Shown: positions 48,349 through 60,474, numbered from the stretch's first letter. The stretch is 64,000 bases of DNA from Thalassobaculaceae bacterium (GCA_965228875.1 OZ245843.1:124001-188000), one strand, 5' to 3'. Translations and numbers: made by a program. The notes: generated by a model not told the origin, from the sequence alone.

Positions 48349-48369
48349 CCTTCCGGATCCCGCGCGTCG

Positions 48370-50340
48370 TCAGTCCGATGCGGCCCGCCGGCTGAGCAGG
48401 CCGAAGCCCAGTCCCGCCGCGGCGATCACTGCTCCGGCGATCACCGCGTCCCAGTGCCCGACCCCGAGATCCTCGCTCCCCGGGAAGGCGAACAGCAGGC
48501 CGCCGAAGAACACGAGGGTGCGCACCGCCATCGCGGTGTTCCCGCTGCCGAAGGTGCCGTAGCCGATAAGGTAGCCCTGGGTGGCGGAGGCGATCAGCAG
48601 CACGCCGGCGAGCGCGCTGGCCAGCACCACGACGATCTCGCCGGGGGCGCCGTTCAGGATCAGCGCCGGCTCGAGCACAAAGAAGAACGGGATGAAGTAG
48701 ATGATCGAGCCGAGACGCATGGCCGAGAATCCGGCCTGCATCGGCGTCGCCCCGGAGATCGTCGCCGCCGCGAAGGCGCCGAGCGCCACCGGCGGGGTGA
48801 TGAACGACAACATGCCCCAGTACAGGATGAACATGTGCACCGCCATCGGGTCGAGCCCCGACGTCACCAGCGACGGCGCCAGGACGATCGCGAGGAAGAC
48901 ATAGGCCGCCGTCACCGTCATTCCCATGCCGAGGATGAAGCTGGTGGCCGCGCCCATGAGCAGCAGGGCGAACACGTTGCCGCCGGCGAGCAGCACGAGA
49001 TCGGTCGCGATCGAACCGACCAGTCCGGTGACCGAGAGCGCTCCGATGATGAGGCCGATGGCGCCGAGGATGGCCACGAGTTCGGCCAGAACCTGCCCGG
49101 TCTCGAACAGGAACCGCTTGAAGTCGGACCAGCCGAGCCGGTTGCCGAAGATCTGGTTGGTGCCGATCAGAACGGCGGTGGCGTAGTACGGCGCCAGCGC
49201 CTCCTGCTTCAGGTAGAGCAGCAGGTAGACGAGCAGGAACAACGAGAACAGATAGTGCCAGCCGCTGCGGAACACCGCGCCGACCTTGGGCAGTTCCTCG
49301 CGCGGCAGACCCTTGAGGCCGTTGCGGGCGGCGTAGGCGTCGATCTGCAGGAACAGGCCGAGATAGTACAGCAGGGACGGGATCACCGCGGCGACGGCGA
49401 TCTCGATATACGGCACGCTCAGGAACGACGCCATGACGAAGGCGGTCGCCCCCATCACCGGCGGCATCAGCACGCCACCCGTCGACGCGCAGGCCTCGAC
49501 CGCGGCGGATGTCTCCCGGCCAAAGCCGGTCCGCCGCATCGCCGGGATCGTCAGACGCCCGGTGGTCAGCACGTTGGTGATGACCGAACCGCTCATCGAG
49601 CCGAGCAGTCCGGAGGAGAAGATCGCCACCTTGGCGCCGCCGCCGCGCACATGGCCGAGCAGGGCGAAGGCCAGGTCGATGAAGAACCGGCCGGCCCCGG
49701 TGTGCTGCAGCGCCACGCCGAAGATGACGAAGCCGATCACCAGCTTGCCGAAGGCGCGCATCGGAATGCCGAAGATCGCCTCGGAGGAGAACAGGTAGTA
49801 CTGGCTGAGTTCCCACAGCGACTGCTGCGCGCCCTGGAGCGGGCCGGGCAGGGACTCGGCCACCGGCGGGTAGAACGAGAACACGAGGACGATGCAGGTC
49901 AGCGCCAGTCCGCCGGTGCGGCGCACCGCCTCGATCATCAGCGCCCACAGCACGAAACCGAGGATGCGGGCGTGATCGGGGGCGAAGTACTCCCATCCGC
50001 CCTCGACCGCGGGAACGGCGATCCAGGCGAGATAACAGCCGAGCGCGAACGTTCCGAAGAACAGGACGATGTCGTAGATCGGCGGCCGGGGCAGGGCCTT
50101 GTCCGCCGCCCGCATCGGGAACACCAGGAACACGACCGGCAGCAGCAGGGCGACCATCATGTCCAGGTAGGACAGGTCGAGAATGACCCAGCCGACCATG
50201 GAGCCGATGTTGAACAGCTGATAGATCGACAACAGGACGGCCGACGCGGTCATCAGCATGACCAGGGCGGTCCAGAACGACGAGAGTGCGCGGTGACGGA
50301 CCGTGTCCGTCACCGCGCCATCCGTTGTGGGCTCGCTCAT
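48370..50340 (-). CDS. TRAP transporter fused (4TM/12TM) permease
   Basis: GSMSGSVITNV, ASTGGVLMPPVMGATAF, LGMGMTVTAAY, SFITPPVA. Confidence 0.93.
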   Translation of the reverse strand: MSEPTTDGAVTDTVRHRALSSFWTALVMLMTASAVLLSIYQLFNIGSMVGWVILDLSYLDMMVALLLPVVFLVFPMRAADKALPRPPIYDIVLFFGTFALGCYLAWIAVPAVEGGWEYFAPDHARILGFVLWALMIEAVRRTGGLALTCIVLVFSFYPPVAESLPGPLQGAQQSLWELSQYYLFSSEAIFGIPMRAFGKLVIGFVIFGVALQHTGAGRFFIDLAFALLGHVRGGGAKVAIFSSGLLGSMSGSVITNVLTTGRLTIPAMRRTGFGRETSAAVEACASTGGVLMPPVMGATAFVMASFLSVPYIEIAVAAVIPSLLYYLGLFLQIDAYAARNGLKGLPREELPKVGAVFRSGWHYLFSLFLLVYLLLYLKQEALAPYYATAVLIGTNQIFGNRLGWSDFKRFLFETGQVLAELVAILGAIGLIIGALSVTGLVGSIATDLVLLAGGNVFALLLMGAATSFILGMGMTVTAAYVFLAIVLAPSLVTSGLDPMAVHMFILYWGMLSFITPPVALGAFAAATISGATPMQAGFSAMRLGSIIYFIPFFFVLEPALILNGAPGEIVVVLASALAGVLLIASATQGYLIGYGTFGSGNTAMAVRTLVFFGGLLFAFPGSEDLGVGHWDAVIAGAVIAAAGLGFGLLSRRAASD

Positions 50341-50374
50341 GCTGCGAGCCTTTCTCTGTTGGTTGCGCCTCTGG

Positions 50375-51532
50375 TCAGCGGATCACCGGGTCCATGCCGG
50401 CCGCTTCGAGCGCCGCGGTGCGTGCCTTGCCCCAGCCCTCGACGAAGGCGGCTTCGTCCGACGGAGCGTCCTTCGTGTAGGCGGCCCAGGTGTCGAGCAG
50501 GACCGTCTGACGGGCCACGAGGCTGTCGTTGTGCGCCTGCATCGCGTCGGTCCACACGCCGGCCGCCTTGAAGGCGGCGATGGCGCCGTCGTGATACGGC
50601 ACCGCCCACTCCAGGGTCTGGTTGGCCAAGGCCCAGCCGCCCGCGCCCGGGGCGCCGTCCTTGTACAGGTCGAAGGACTCGATCATCGCCTCGGTGATCG
50701 CCTGCGCCAGTTCGTCGGTCATGTCCGAGCGGACGGTGAGGATCGGGTAGGGATAGGCCTGCCCGTCGATGCCGTCTTTCGGGACGTTGGTGCCGGCGAA
50801 GACCTTGTTCTTGGTGAAGTACGGGGCGACCGCAAGCATCCGCTTCCACCCTTCGGCGTCGTCATGCGGCAGCGCCGGCCAGACGAGGCCGCGCGGGCTG
50901 GAAGCGACCGGCTTGGTGGAACCGGAGACCGTGATCGCGAAGGCGGCATCGACCTGATTGTTGGTCATGCCTTCCCAGGACGCGCCGAAACCGGCGAACT
51001 CGACCTTCTCCACGTCGTCCCAGGTCAGGCCGGCGAAGGCCAGGTTGGCGGTGACGTTGTGGTTCAGCGCCGGCGCGCTCTTCACCCAGGCGACGCGTTT
51101 GCCCTTGAGGTCGGCCATGGTCTTCGCGCCGGTATCGGCGGCGACGCCGACCATCAGACCGGCCTTGCCCTTCGAGGACATGATGAGGCGCAGCGGCTGC
51201 GGTCCCCAGTCCGGCTTGTCGAAGCCGAACACGCCTTCCTGCGCGAAGTAGGTGCCGACGCCGTTGGCGACGGCATCGACCTTGCCGACCTGCAGCGGGC
51301 GCAGGCGCGAGACGTCGTTCTTGCCCGGCAGAACCCGGAGGTTGACGTTGTACTTCTCCTTGAACGCCTTGCCGATCGCCACCGACTGGGCGTGGCCGGA
51401 CGATCCCGTACCGTAGGCGGTCCAGGCCATCGTGGCCGGCAGGTTCGGTTCCGCGATGGCGGTTCCGGTGACTGTGAGGGCGGCCGCGCCGACAAGGGCG
51501 GCGACTGCGCGGGTGCGCAGGGTGACTTCCAT
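50375..51532 (-). CDS. TAXI family TRAP solute-binding protein
   Basis: Signal peptide, WTAYGTGSSG, RVLPGKNDVSR, PYHDGAI; upstream of the fused permease. Confidence 0.88.
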   Translation of the reverse strand: MEVTLRTRAVAALVGAAALTVTGTAIAEPNLPATMAWTAYGTGSSGHAQSVAIGKAFKEKYNVNLRVLPGKNDVSRLRPLQVGKVDAVANGVGTYFAQEGVFGFDKPDWGPQPLRLIMSSKGKAGLMVGVAADTGAKTMADLKGKRVAWVKSAPALNHNVTANLAFAGLTWDDVEKVEFAGFGASWEGMTNNQVDAAFAITVSGSTKPVASSPRGLVWPALPHDDAEGWKRMLAVAPYFTKNKVFAGTNVPKDGIDGQAYPYPILTVRSDMTDELAQAITEAMIESFDLYKDGAPGAGGWALANQTLEWAVPYHDGAIAAFKAAGVWTDAMQAHNDSLVARQTVLLDTWAAYTKDAPSDEAAFVEGWGKARTAALEAAGMDPVIR

Positions 51533-51637
51533 TGTTTCCTCCGTCTGTTCGCGTGACCGGTCGGGTTGGACCCCGGCTCGACTCGGGTGGAGTATGCCCG
51601 ATACATCCGTCGACACAAGGCCGGGGGACGCGGCGTA

Positions 51638-53107
51638 TCAGATGCTACGGATGCCGGCCGCGAAAGACCGGTGATCGGCGGTTGAGCGCAGCACCCTGGA
51701 CGCCGGAAGCCTGACCTCGGCCGTGGTCCCCTCACCGAGGACGCTGGCAAGCCGCAGATCCCCTCCATGCAGCCGAACGATGGCACGGCTGATCGCCAGA
51801 CCGAGCCCCGTTCCGCCGTGTTCGCCGGAGAGATGCGAGCGTACCTGCTCGAAGGGTTCCATCACTCGCTCGAGATCCTGGGGCGGGATTCCCGGACCGG
51901 TGTCGCTGACCTGAAGGACGTAGTCGCCGGCAGCGGCGACGCCGCCATGCACCTCGACGCGGCCACCCCGGGGCGTGAACTTCACCGCGTTGCCGACGAG
52001 GTTCACGATCACCTGGCGCAGGCCGCGCGTATCGACCGACAGGAGCGTCTCGCCGGCGGCCAGGTCGAGGACGATCCGGATATCCTTCGCCTCGGCGCCG
52101 ACCTGCAGCATGCGGGCGCAGTCGCCGATCAGGGCTTCGGCTCTGACCTCGTCTTCCTGGAGTCTGTAGGCCTGGCCCTCGAGACGCGACATGTCGAGCA
52201 GATCGTTGATCAGCTCCAGCAGGAAGCCGGCGCTGTTGTGAATGTCGCCGGCATACTCGCTGTAGGTCTCCGGCCGTTCGCCAAAGTAGCGGTCGCGGAT
52301 CACTTCCGAGAAACCGATGATGGCGTTCAGCGGGGTCCGCAGCTCGTGGCTCATGGTCGCAAGGAACTGGGTCTTCGCCTGGCTGGCGGCCTCCGCTCTG
52401 TCCCGCGCGTGCGCCAGTTCGCCGTGATAGGTCTCGATGGTCTCGATCATCTCGTTGAAGCCGTCGATCAGGGTGCCGGTCTCGTCGTCGGTCGTGCGAA
52501 CCGCGCGGCGGCTGAAGTCGTGATCGTTCGAGACCCGGTCCATCGTCGCCACGAGGTGCTCGATCGGCCGGGATATCCGACGCCCCAGGAGAACCGCGAG
52601 CAGCCAGGCCAAGAGCGTGGCGGCGACCATGACGGCGCCGCTTATCAGGAGAATCTCGTGAACGGCCGTGTCCAGGGTGACGAGAGAGGCGCGGATCTGA
52701 AGCGTGCCGAGCGTGCGCCCGTCGCGGACGATCGGGAAGCTCAGCAGGCCGTCGTCGCCACGGATCAGGAAGCCGCGTTCGGGCCAGTCGCCGGCGTCGG
52801 TCTCGTCTCCCCGATGCGCGATGGCGTTGCCCGCGGGATCGACGACCCGGGCGTGGCGGACGACGCTGTTGGCGAACAGGGTGCCGAGAATCTCGTCGGT
52901 GGCTGCCGAATCCTGAAAGATCAGCGAGGCCTCGAGGTTCGCGGCCAGGATCGCGGCGACGGCCGAGAGTTCCTGCTCCAGGCTCTTGCGCTGGGCGCTG
53001 TAGGACTGCCAGGCGGTGACCGCGGTCGCGAGCATGATCGCCACGACGCTGACCGCCGTGGTCAGCCAGACCAGCTTGCTCCGGATGGATCGGACGCCGA
53101 GCGTCAT
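51638..53107 (-). CDS. Membrane sensor histidine kinase (periplasmic CHASE8-like sensor, HAMP, HisKA, HATPase; PleC/DivJ-like H-box)
   Basis: 2 TM flanking [71 protein letters not shown]. Confidence 0.93.
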   Translation of the reverse strand: MTLGVRSIRSKLVWLTTAVSVVAIMLATAVTAWQSYSAQRKSLEQELSAVAAILAANLEASLIFQDSAATDEILGTLFANSVVRHARVVDPAGNAIAHRGDETDAGDWPERGFLIRGDDGLLSFPIVRDGRTLGTLQIRASLVTLDTAVHEILLISGAVMVAATLLAWLLAVLLGRRISRPIEHLVATMDRVSNDHDFSRRAVRTTDDETGTLIDGFNEMIETIETYHGELAHARDRAEAASQAKTQFLATMSHELRTPLNAIIGFSEVIRDRYFGERPETYSEYAGDIHNSAGFLLELINDLLDMSRLEGQAYRLQEDEVRAEALIGDCARMLQVGAEAKDIRIVLDLAAGETLLSVDTRGLRQVIVNLVGNAVKFTPRGGRVEVHGGVAAAGDYVLQVSDTGPGIPPQDLERVMEPFEQVRSHLSGEHGGTGLGLAISRAIVRLHGGDLRLASVLGEGTTAEVRLPASRVLRSTADHRSFAAGIRSI

Positions 53108-53739
53108 CGGACCGCCCCGTTGGCCACGCGGTCCACGATGTCCGCCAGCCGCAGGACCTTGGAGCTCATACTCACGCCGCTCCGCTCCAACTCCACGAGG
53201 TTAACCCGGAACCGATACTGGCTGCCTTCGAGGTAGAGCTCTATATGTCCGCCGCGCCCGGCAAAACCAGCGGTGTCGGCCACAAGCAGGACGTTGTGTC
53301 GCCGGGCGACACGCAGGAGCGGCTCCAGATCCTCGGTCGCGCTCTCCTTGCCGACGAAGGCGATGTCGCAACCCGCGAGCACCGTTTCGGCCTCGGATCG
53401 GGCGAAGCCGTAGGGGCGCGTGGTGCCGGCGGCCGGCACGCCGTCGCCCCACCCGGCAAAGACCGACAGGTCCAGGGCGCCGGTCTCGACGCAATACACG
53501 GTCGGCGCCGACGGCGTGCCATCTGACGGCCAACGGGCGAACTGGGCGAAGTTGTACAGGAACCCTGCCTTCACGGTGTCGCCGCTCAACTCGGAGGCGA
53601 GCGGCGAACCGGATCCGGTGAGGACAAGAGAGGTCAGGCACAGGATCGCGACCGACAGGCATCGCCTGACGGCCGCGGCCCCGACCCACACAGCCATCGG
53701 CGGGGCCCGCCTACGACTGATCTGCCAAAGGCGTTTCAC
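53104..53739 (-). CDS. YfiR family periplasmic protein
   Basis: VKAGFLYNFAQFARWP...CDIAFV...GGHIEL...FRVNL...GVSMSSKVLRLA. Start is GTG 53739 or ATG 53697; overlaps the kinase start. Confidence 0.88.
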   Translation of the reverse strand: MKRLWQISRRRAPPMAVWVGAAAVRRCLSVAILCLTSLVLTGSGSPLASELSGDTVKAGFLYNFAQFARWPSDGTPSAPTVYCVETGALDLSVFAGWGDGVPAAGTTRPYGFARSEAETVLAGCDIAFVGKESATEDLEPLLRVARRHNVLLVADTAGFAGRGGHIELYLEGSQYRFRVNLVELERSGVSMSSKVLRLADIVDRVANGAVR

Positions 53740-53741
53740 CG

Positions 53742-55772
53742 TTAGAACGTGACGACCAGGGTGGCGAAGACCGAGCGTGAGATATCGGTCGCCAGCGAGG
53801 AGGGGTTGGCGACCCGTTCCGTCCCGAATTCCCGCCGCCCGTCCGTGAGCAGGTTGCGACCCGTCAGCGCCAGCTCGACACTTGCGTTCGGCATCCAGGA
53901 TACCCGGGCGTCGACATCGACATAGCCGTCGGCATCGACGTTCGAGAGTTCGTCGACGAAGCGGAACACGGTGTCGAAGCGCCACTCATCCGATAGGTCG
54001 TAGAGCGACTGGACGGCGACCTGGTGGCGCGGAGCGTTGCCTTCGGCGCCCGCCGACGCGTCCAGATCCTCGTAGAGCCAGGAATAGCCGCCGCGCAGAC
54101 GCAGGTCCGGCAGCGGGCGCCATGTCCCTGCGAACTCCATACCGAATGTCCGACCGTCGGCAGTCTCGTTGATGAGCACTGGCGTGTCGAGGAAAGGCGC
54201 CTCGTAGGCGGTGTTCACGGTCGTTGTGCCGGTCGTCGTGCTCAGCAGCAGTCCGTCATAGCTGTTGTAGTAACCAGCAAGGTCGAACGAGAGGTTCTCG
54301 TTCAGTCGGCCCCGGTATCCGATCTCGTAGGCCGTGATGGTCTCCGCGTCGAGGTCGCGAGCCCCCTGAATCGCGATGGTGAGTGGTAGGGCAGATGGGT
54401 TGGCATTGGTGAACGGGGCGATGACAACGTTGCGAACTGTCGTGTCGTTCTCGCCGCGCGATGGAGTCCTCACGGCTTGCGACAGGGCGGACCATACGGT
54501 GTGGTCTGGCGCCGGGTACCACACCGCCCGAACCGCCGGCTGCACCTCGGTCCCGGAAATCGAATGGTGCTCCACCTTGGTGCCCAGGATGAACTCGAAC
54601 CGGTCGTCGAAGAATCGGCGGGACCCCTGGACGTAGCCGTTGACGATATGGATCAGTGCGTCGTTGGGATTGATGTCGAAGGTGAAGGCCGGTGTGGTCG
54701 TGCGATCAGAGATGCCGCGGTAGCCGGCGCCCCATGTCAGGTTGATATCCGGGCCGACAACGGTCCTATGCTGCGCCTGAACATCGGCGGTCGTTCGCTC
54801 CTCTTCCGCAATCGGCGAATCGATGTCCATGCTGCTGTGATCCAGGTAGCCCTGGACGGAGACGCGCGATTCCGGATCGATTCGACGTTCCCATCGGGCA
54901 AGGAGATAGACGTCGTTCCGCTCGACGTCGCCCTCTCGGACTTCGGAATAGGGGGCGGTCAGAAGCGGCGCCGCGTGCCGGTCGCCGCCGGAGATCGCAT
55001 TCACGCCGACCTCGAACAGCATGTCGTCGCGCGCCGACGGCGCCCAGTCGACCCGCAGATGCGCCTGCCCGTTCTGCCAGGCGTCGTTGCCGTCGTCGTA
55101 GCCGGCGATGTCGGCATCGTCATAAGCGTCCGCCTTCGCCGAAAGGCGATAGGTGGCGCTGTCCCCGATCACACCGCCCTGGCGGCCTGAGAGCATGCCG
55201 AGGCGCTCGGTGCCGACCGATGCCTCCAGCCGCGCGCCCTGCGTGTCGGCGGAGTGGCGCGTGATGATGTTGATGACGCCGTTGACCGCATTGGCCCCCC
55301 AAAGGGTGCCACCCGGTCCGCGGACGACCTCGATGCGGTCGATATCGTCGATCGGAATGTTGTGTCGATCCCAGAACACGCCGGAGAAGAGCGGTGAATA
55401 CAGGCTCCGGCCGTCGATCATGACCAGCAGCTTGTTGGCGAAGCGGCTGTTGAAACCTCTGATGCTGACCGCCCAGGAGTTCGCGTTGATCCTGGCGACG
55501 TTCACGCCCGGCACCAGTCGCAGGGCGTCGGGCAGAGACGTAGCGCCCGAGCGTTGTATCTCCTCGCGGGTCAGGACGTGTACGGCGGCGGCGGCGTTCT
55601 GCGCCCGTTCAGGCTCCCGCGACACCGTTGTGACCTCGACGTTCATCAGGTACTCAAGCGACATGCGGGTAATCGGGTTTGTGTCGCTCGCCGATACCGG
55701 CAGTGAGGGCGTCAGAAGCGCGACGAGGGCGATCGGGATGATCGCGCGGCAGTTCTGAATCGGAGTAATCAT
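53742..55772 (-). CDS. TonB-dependent receptor
   Basis: SLEYLMNVEVTTVSR, plug LRLVPGV..SIRGF..LLVMIDGR, IDRIEVVRGPGGTLWGANAVNGVINIIT, terminal Phe. Confidence 0.95.
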   Translation of the reverse strand: MITPIQNCRAIIPIALVALLTPSLPVSASDTNPITRMSLEYLMNVEVTTVSREPERAQNAAAAVHVLTREEIQRSGATSLPDALRLVPGVNVARINANSWAVSIRGFNSRFANKLLVMIDGRSLYSPLFSGVFWDRHNIPIDDIDRIEVVRGPGGTLWGANAVNGVINIITRHSADTQGARLEASVGTERLGMLSGRQGGVIGDSATYRLSAKADAYDDADIAGYDDGNDAWQNGQAHLRVDWAPSARDDMLFEVGVNAISGGDRHAAPLLTAPYSEVREGDVERNDVYLLARWERRIDPESRVSVQGYLDHSSMDIDSPIAEEERTTADVQAQHRTVVGPDINLTWGAGYRGISDRTTTPAFTFDINPNDALIHIVNGYVQGSRRFFDDRFEFILGTKVEHHSISGTEVQPAVRAVWYPAPDHTVWSALSQAVRTPSRGENDTTVRNVVIAPFTNANPSALPLTIAIQGARDLDAETITAYEIGYRGRLNENLSFDLAGYYNSYDGLLLSTTTGTTTVNTAYEAPFLDTPVLINETADGRTFGMEFAGTWRPLPDLRLRGGYSWLYEDLDASAGAEGNAPRHQVAVQSLYDLSDEWRFDTVFRFVDELSNVDADGYVDVDARVSWMPNASVELALTGRNLLTDGRREFGTERVANPSSLATDISRSVFATLVVTF

Positions 55773-55930
55773 GCCCCACTCCCGGAATCCATCGGACTTC
55801 TGTCAATTTTGCACGTAAATGACACCAAAGTATTAAGGTCAGAGGTTAAAAGGCGTCCGGCGATCTCTATGGGTTTATGGAGTGCCGGGAATATACACCT
55901 GCAGGTATTCGCGTTCAGGGGGAGGACCCA

Positions 55931-56935
55931 ATGAAAGTCTGGCAGATCGTTTCCGATGGCGGCATCGACGCGCTTCATCTCGCGGACGTCGCGACACCGG
56001 AGCCGGGTCCGGGCGAGGTCCGGGTCAGGATCGCGGCCTCGTCGCTGAACTTCCGCGACCTGATGACGGTGAAGGACCCGGTTGCCCGCAACCTGCCCTA
56101 TCCGCGGGTGCCCAATTCGGACGGCGCGGGCACGATCACGGCGGTCGGGCCGGGAGTGAACGGTCTGACGGTCGGCGACCGCGTCGCCTCCTGCTTCTTC
56201 CAGGACTGGCCGGCGGGGCGCTGTTCGGTCGACGTCATGAACAGCGCGCTCGGCGGCGCGCTGGACGGGGTGCTGGCGGAGGAGGTCGTGCTCAAGGCCG
56301 GCGGGGTGATACCGGTGCCGGATCACCTCAGCCTGGAGCAGGCGGCGACCCTGCCCTGCGCGGCGCTGACCGCGTGGCACGCGCTGGTCGAGACCGGCGG
56401 GGTGACGGCGGGGGACACGGTGCTGCTGCTCGGCACCGGCGGCGTGTCGATCTTCGCCCTGCAGTTCGCCAAGGTCATGGGCGCGCGGGTGATCCTGACC
56501 TCGTCCAGCGACGAGAAGCTGGAGCGGGCGCGGGCAATGGGGGCCGACGAGACCGTGAACTACCGCACCACGCCCGAATGGCAGAAGGCGGTGCTGGATC
56601 TGACCGGTGGCGTCGGCGTCGATGTCACGGTGGAGGTCGGTGGGGCCGGCACCCTGGCCCGCTCGATCGAGGCGACCCGGGTTGGCGGGACGATCGGGCT
56701 GATCGGGATTCTGACCGGGGGCGAGATCAACCCGACGCTGATCATGCGCAAGTCGCTGACGGTCCAGGGCATCTATGTCGGCTCCAGGCAGATGTTCGCC
56801 GACATGAACGCCGCCATGGCGCTCCACGGGATCGAGCCGGTGATCGACCGGACCTTCGCCTTCGACGACGCCAGGGCCGCGTTCCACGCCATGGAGGCGG
56901 CCGGTCATTTCGGGAAGATCGTTATCACCACGTGA
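55931..56935 (+). CDS. MDR-family NAD(P)-dependent oxidoreductase (quinone reductase-like)
   Basis: SLNFRD, PNSDGAG, LPCAALTAW, GTGGVS, HFGKIVI. Confidence 0.9.
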   Translation: MKVWQIVSDGGIDALHLADVATPEPGPGEVRVRIAASSLNFRDLMTVKDPVARNLPYPRVPNSDGAGTITAVGPGVNGLTVGDRVASCFFQDWPAGRCSVDVMNSALGGALDGVLAEEVVLKAGGVIPVPDHLSLEQAATLPCAALTAWHALVETGGVTAGDTVLLLGTGGVSIFALQFAKVMGARVILTSSSDEKLERARAMGADETVNYRTTPEWQKAVLDLTGGVGVDVTVEVGGAGTLARSIEATRVGGTIGLIGILTGGEINPTLIMRKSLTVQGIYVGSRQMFADMNAAMALHGIEPVIDRTFAFDDARAAFHAMEAAGHFGKIVITT

Positions 56936-57011
56936 AACGGCGGTCGATTGACCACCCCATGACCGCGTGGCACATCAAGTGGCAACAAACGTCCCGTACC
57001 CGGAGGAAACC

Positions 57012-58220
<1,209 letters not shown>

Positions 58221-58223
58221 CCG

Positions 58224-59735
58224 ATGGTGGATGCGAGCTCGCCCGACCTCGTCATCGGCGTCGTCGGCTGCGGCGCCATGGGGCAGGGGATCATCCAGGT
58301 CGCCCTGCAGGGCGGGATGCAGGTCATCGCCCATGACGCGCGCGAGGGCGGCGCGGAGGCCGGCGCCAAGGCCGTGATCGCCCGTCTGGACCGCCTGGTC
58401 GAGAAGGGGACGCTGGAGGCCGAGGCCGCCGGCGCCATGAAGGCCAAGCTGGTCGCGGCCAAGGACGTCGGGGACCTTGCCCCATGCGGCGTCGTGGTCG
58501 AGGCGGTGTTCGAGGACATCGACGTCAAGCGCGAGCTGTTCACCGCCATCGAAGGGGTCGTGGCGGACGATGCCATCATCGCGTCCAACACCTCTTCCCT
58601 GCCGATCGGTTCCATCGCCCGCGTCTGCAGGCGTCCGGAACGGATTGCCGGCCTGCATTTCTTCAACCCGGTGCCCCTGATGCGCCTGGTCGAGATCATC
58701 CAGGGTCCGGCGACGGATGACGCGGTGATCGAGAAGCTGGTCACCGTCGGCAAGCGGTTCGGCCGCACCCCCGTGGTGGTCAAGGACAGCCCCGGTTTCC
58801 TGGTCAATCTCGGCGGCCGCGCCTTCACCACCGAGGGCCTGCACCTGGCCCACGAGGCGGTGGCGACCCCGACCCAGGTCGATGCCGTGATGCGCGACTG
58901 CGGGCATTTCCGCATGGGGCCTTTCCAGCTGATGGACCTGACCGGGATCGACGTGAACTACCCGGTGTCGATGATCGTCTTCGAGCAGTTCCTGAACGAT
59001 CCGCGCCTGCGCACCACGCCGCTGCACCGCGCCCTGGCCGAAGCCGGACGCTTCGGTCGCAAGACCGGGCAGGGGCACTACCGCTACGACGACAAGGGCC
59101 AGGTGATCGATCCGCCGAGCCCGGACCACGTCAGCGATGCGGCGCCGGCGACGACCGTCGCGGTGGCGACGGAGGGGGACGAGGCGCTGGTCGACCTGTT
59201 GGAGCGGGCTGGGCTGAACGTGCGGATCGACGACGGATCGATGCCGGTGGTGGCGGCTCTCTACGGCGAGGACGCGTCCGGATTTGTCGCGCGGACGGGC
59301 ACGGATCACACCCGTCTCGTCGCGGTCGACACCACGGGCGATACCTCCAAGCGGACCACGCTGATGACGGCGCCCGGCGCCGACCCGGCCTGCCGCGACG
59401 CGGTGGCGGCGGCGTTCGCGGCAGCCGGAATCGCGCCGACGGTGATCCAGGACAGTCCCGGCTTCATCCTTCAGCGCATGCGGGCGATGATCGCCAATCT
59501 CGGCTGCGAGATGGCGCAGATCGATCTGGCGACACCGGCGGACATCGACACGGCGATGAAGCTCGGCCTGAACTACCCGCTCGGCCCGCTGGAGATCGCC
59601 GGGGAGATGGGCGTCAAGCGCACCTACGACATCATCTCGGCGATTCACGAGGCGACGCAGGACCCGCGCTACCGGCCGTCTCTCTGGCTGCGCCGCCGCG
59701 CGCTGCTGGGGCTTGGTGCGCATCAGGTCGCGTGA
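58224..59735 (+). CDS. 3-hydroxyacyl-CoA dehydrogenase (PaaH-like)
   Basis: GCGAMGQGI, ASNTSSL, GLHFFNPVPLM, duplicated C-terminal domain LGLNYPLGP. Confidence 0.9.
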   Translation: MVDASSPDLVIGVVGCGAMGQGIIQVALQGGMQVIAHDAREGGAEAGAKAVIARLDRLVEKGTLEAEAAGAMKAKLVAAKDVGDLAPCGVVVEAVFEDIDVKRELFTAIEGVVADDAIIASNTSSLPIGSIARVCRRPERIAGLHFFNPVPLMRLVEIIQGPATDDAVIEKLVTVGKRFGRTPVVVKDSPGFLVNLGGRAFTTEGLHLAHEAVATPTQVDAVMRDCGHFRMGPFQLMDLTGIDVNYPVSMIVFEQFLNDPRLRTTPLHRALAEAGRFGRKTGQGHYRYDDKGQVIDPPSPDHVSDAAPATTVAVATEGDEALVDLLERAGLNVRIDDGSMPVVAALYGEDASGFVARTGTDHTRLVAVDTTGDTSKRTTLMTAPGADPACRDAVAAAFAAAGIAPTVIQDSPGFILQRMRAMIANLGCEMAQIDLATPADIDTAMKLGLNYPLGPLEIAGEMGVKRTYDIISAIHEATQDPRYRPSLWLRRRALLGLGAHQVA

Positions 59736-59826
59736 GTGCCCCCAGAACGCATCCGGTTGAAACCGGCGCGAAAGAGCGTAATCTGGACGGAGTAGCGTTG
59801 CGCGCGTCAAACTGTCGGAGGCCATT

Positions 59827-60396
59827 GTGAGGGCCAAGGCAGACTTCGACGATATCGTCGAGACCATCGATCACGTCGGCTCGGATCGCCTTCGGGCGGT
59901 GATGCTGCATTGGCGCGACTGCCTCGAGCCGGGCGAGATCATGCCGAAGAAGGCGCGGATCGACGCTCTTGTCCTTGGTCCGGCAGGGGTTCTCCCGTTC
60001 GTCTGGCTGATCGAGGTTCCCAAGGATGGCGAACCGTTCTACCGGTTGGCCGGTGAAGGCGTTGCCCTGAACCATGGCCAGTCCATCGTTAGACGCTCGA
60101 TCTACGAGGTCTTCGAGCGGCGCCCGGCGGAGACGATCGAAGCCCGATGGCGACGTCTGCTCGCCGAAGAACTGTTCGCGCACACCACCGGCGACGTCTA
60201 CTCCGCCGTCGGCCGAACCTATGTCGGCGAGCGTATCGCCCTTCCCCTGGCGGACGATCACGGGACCCCTGCCTTCATTCTCGGCTGCACCGACTACAAG
60301 ACCGAGCAGGAAGCGCACCGCAGGTCGGCCCCGAAGAAGTATTTCGAGCGCGAGTGTCTGCTGACGCCGCTCTCCGCCCTCCGCGATCTGGCCTGA
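59827..60396 (+). CDS. Stand-alone PAS-like (PAS_5-type) domain protein
   Basis: W...MP....ID....LPFVWLIEV....FYRLAGE...ERIALPLADD. Confidence 0.75.
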   Translation: MRAKADFDDIVETIDHVGSDRLRAVMLHWRDCLEPGEIMPKKARIDALVLGPAGVLPFVWLIEVPKDGEPFYRLAGEGVALNHGQSIVRRSIYEVFERRPAETIEARWRRLLAEELFAHTTGDVYSAVGRTYVGERIALPLADDHGTPAFILGCTDYKTEQEAHRRSAPKKYFERECLLTPLSALRDLA

Positions 60397-60474
60397 ACGC
60401 AAAGCGATCCTCGAAAAATAGGCTCTTCCCGTACCCCGGCTGATGGCTAGGCTCGGAACCGGGAGGGTTTTTCG

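Noticed and set aside
55833..55849. CtrA box upstream of the TonB-dependent receptor
   Set aside because: The TTAA half-sites are spaced by 9 nt, not 7.
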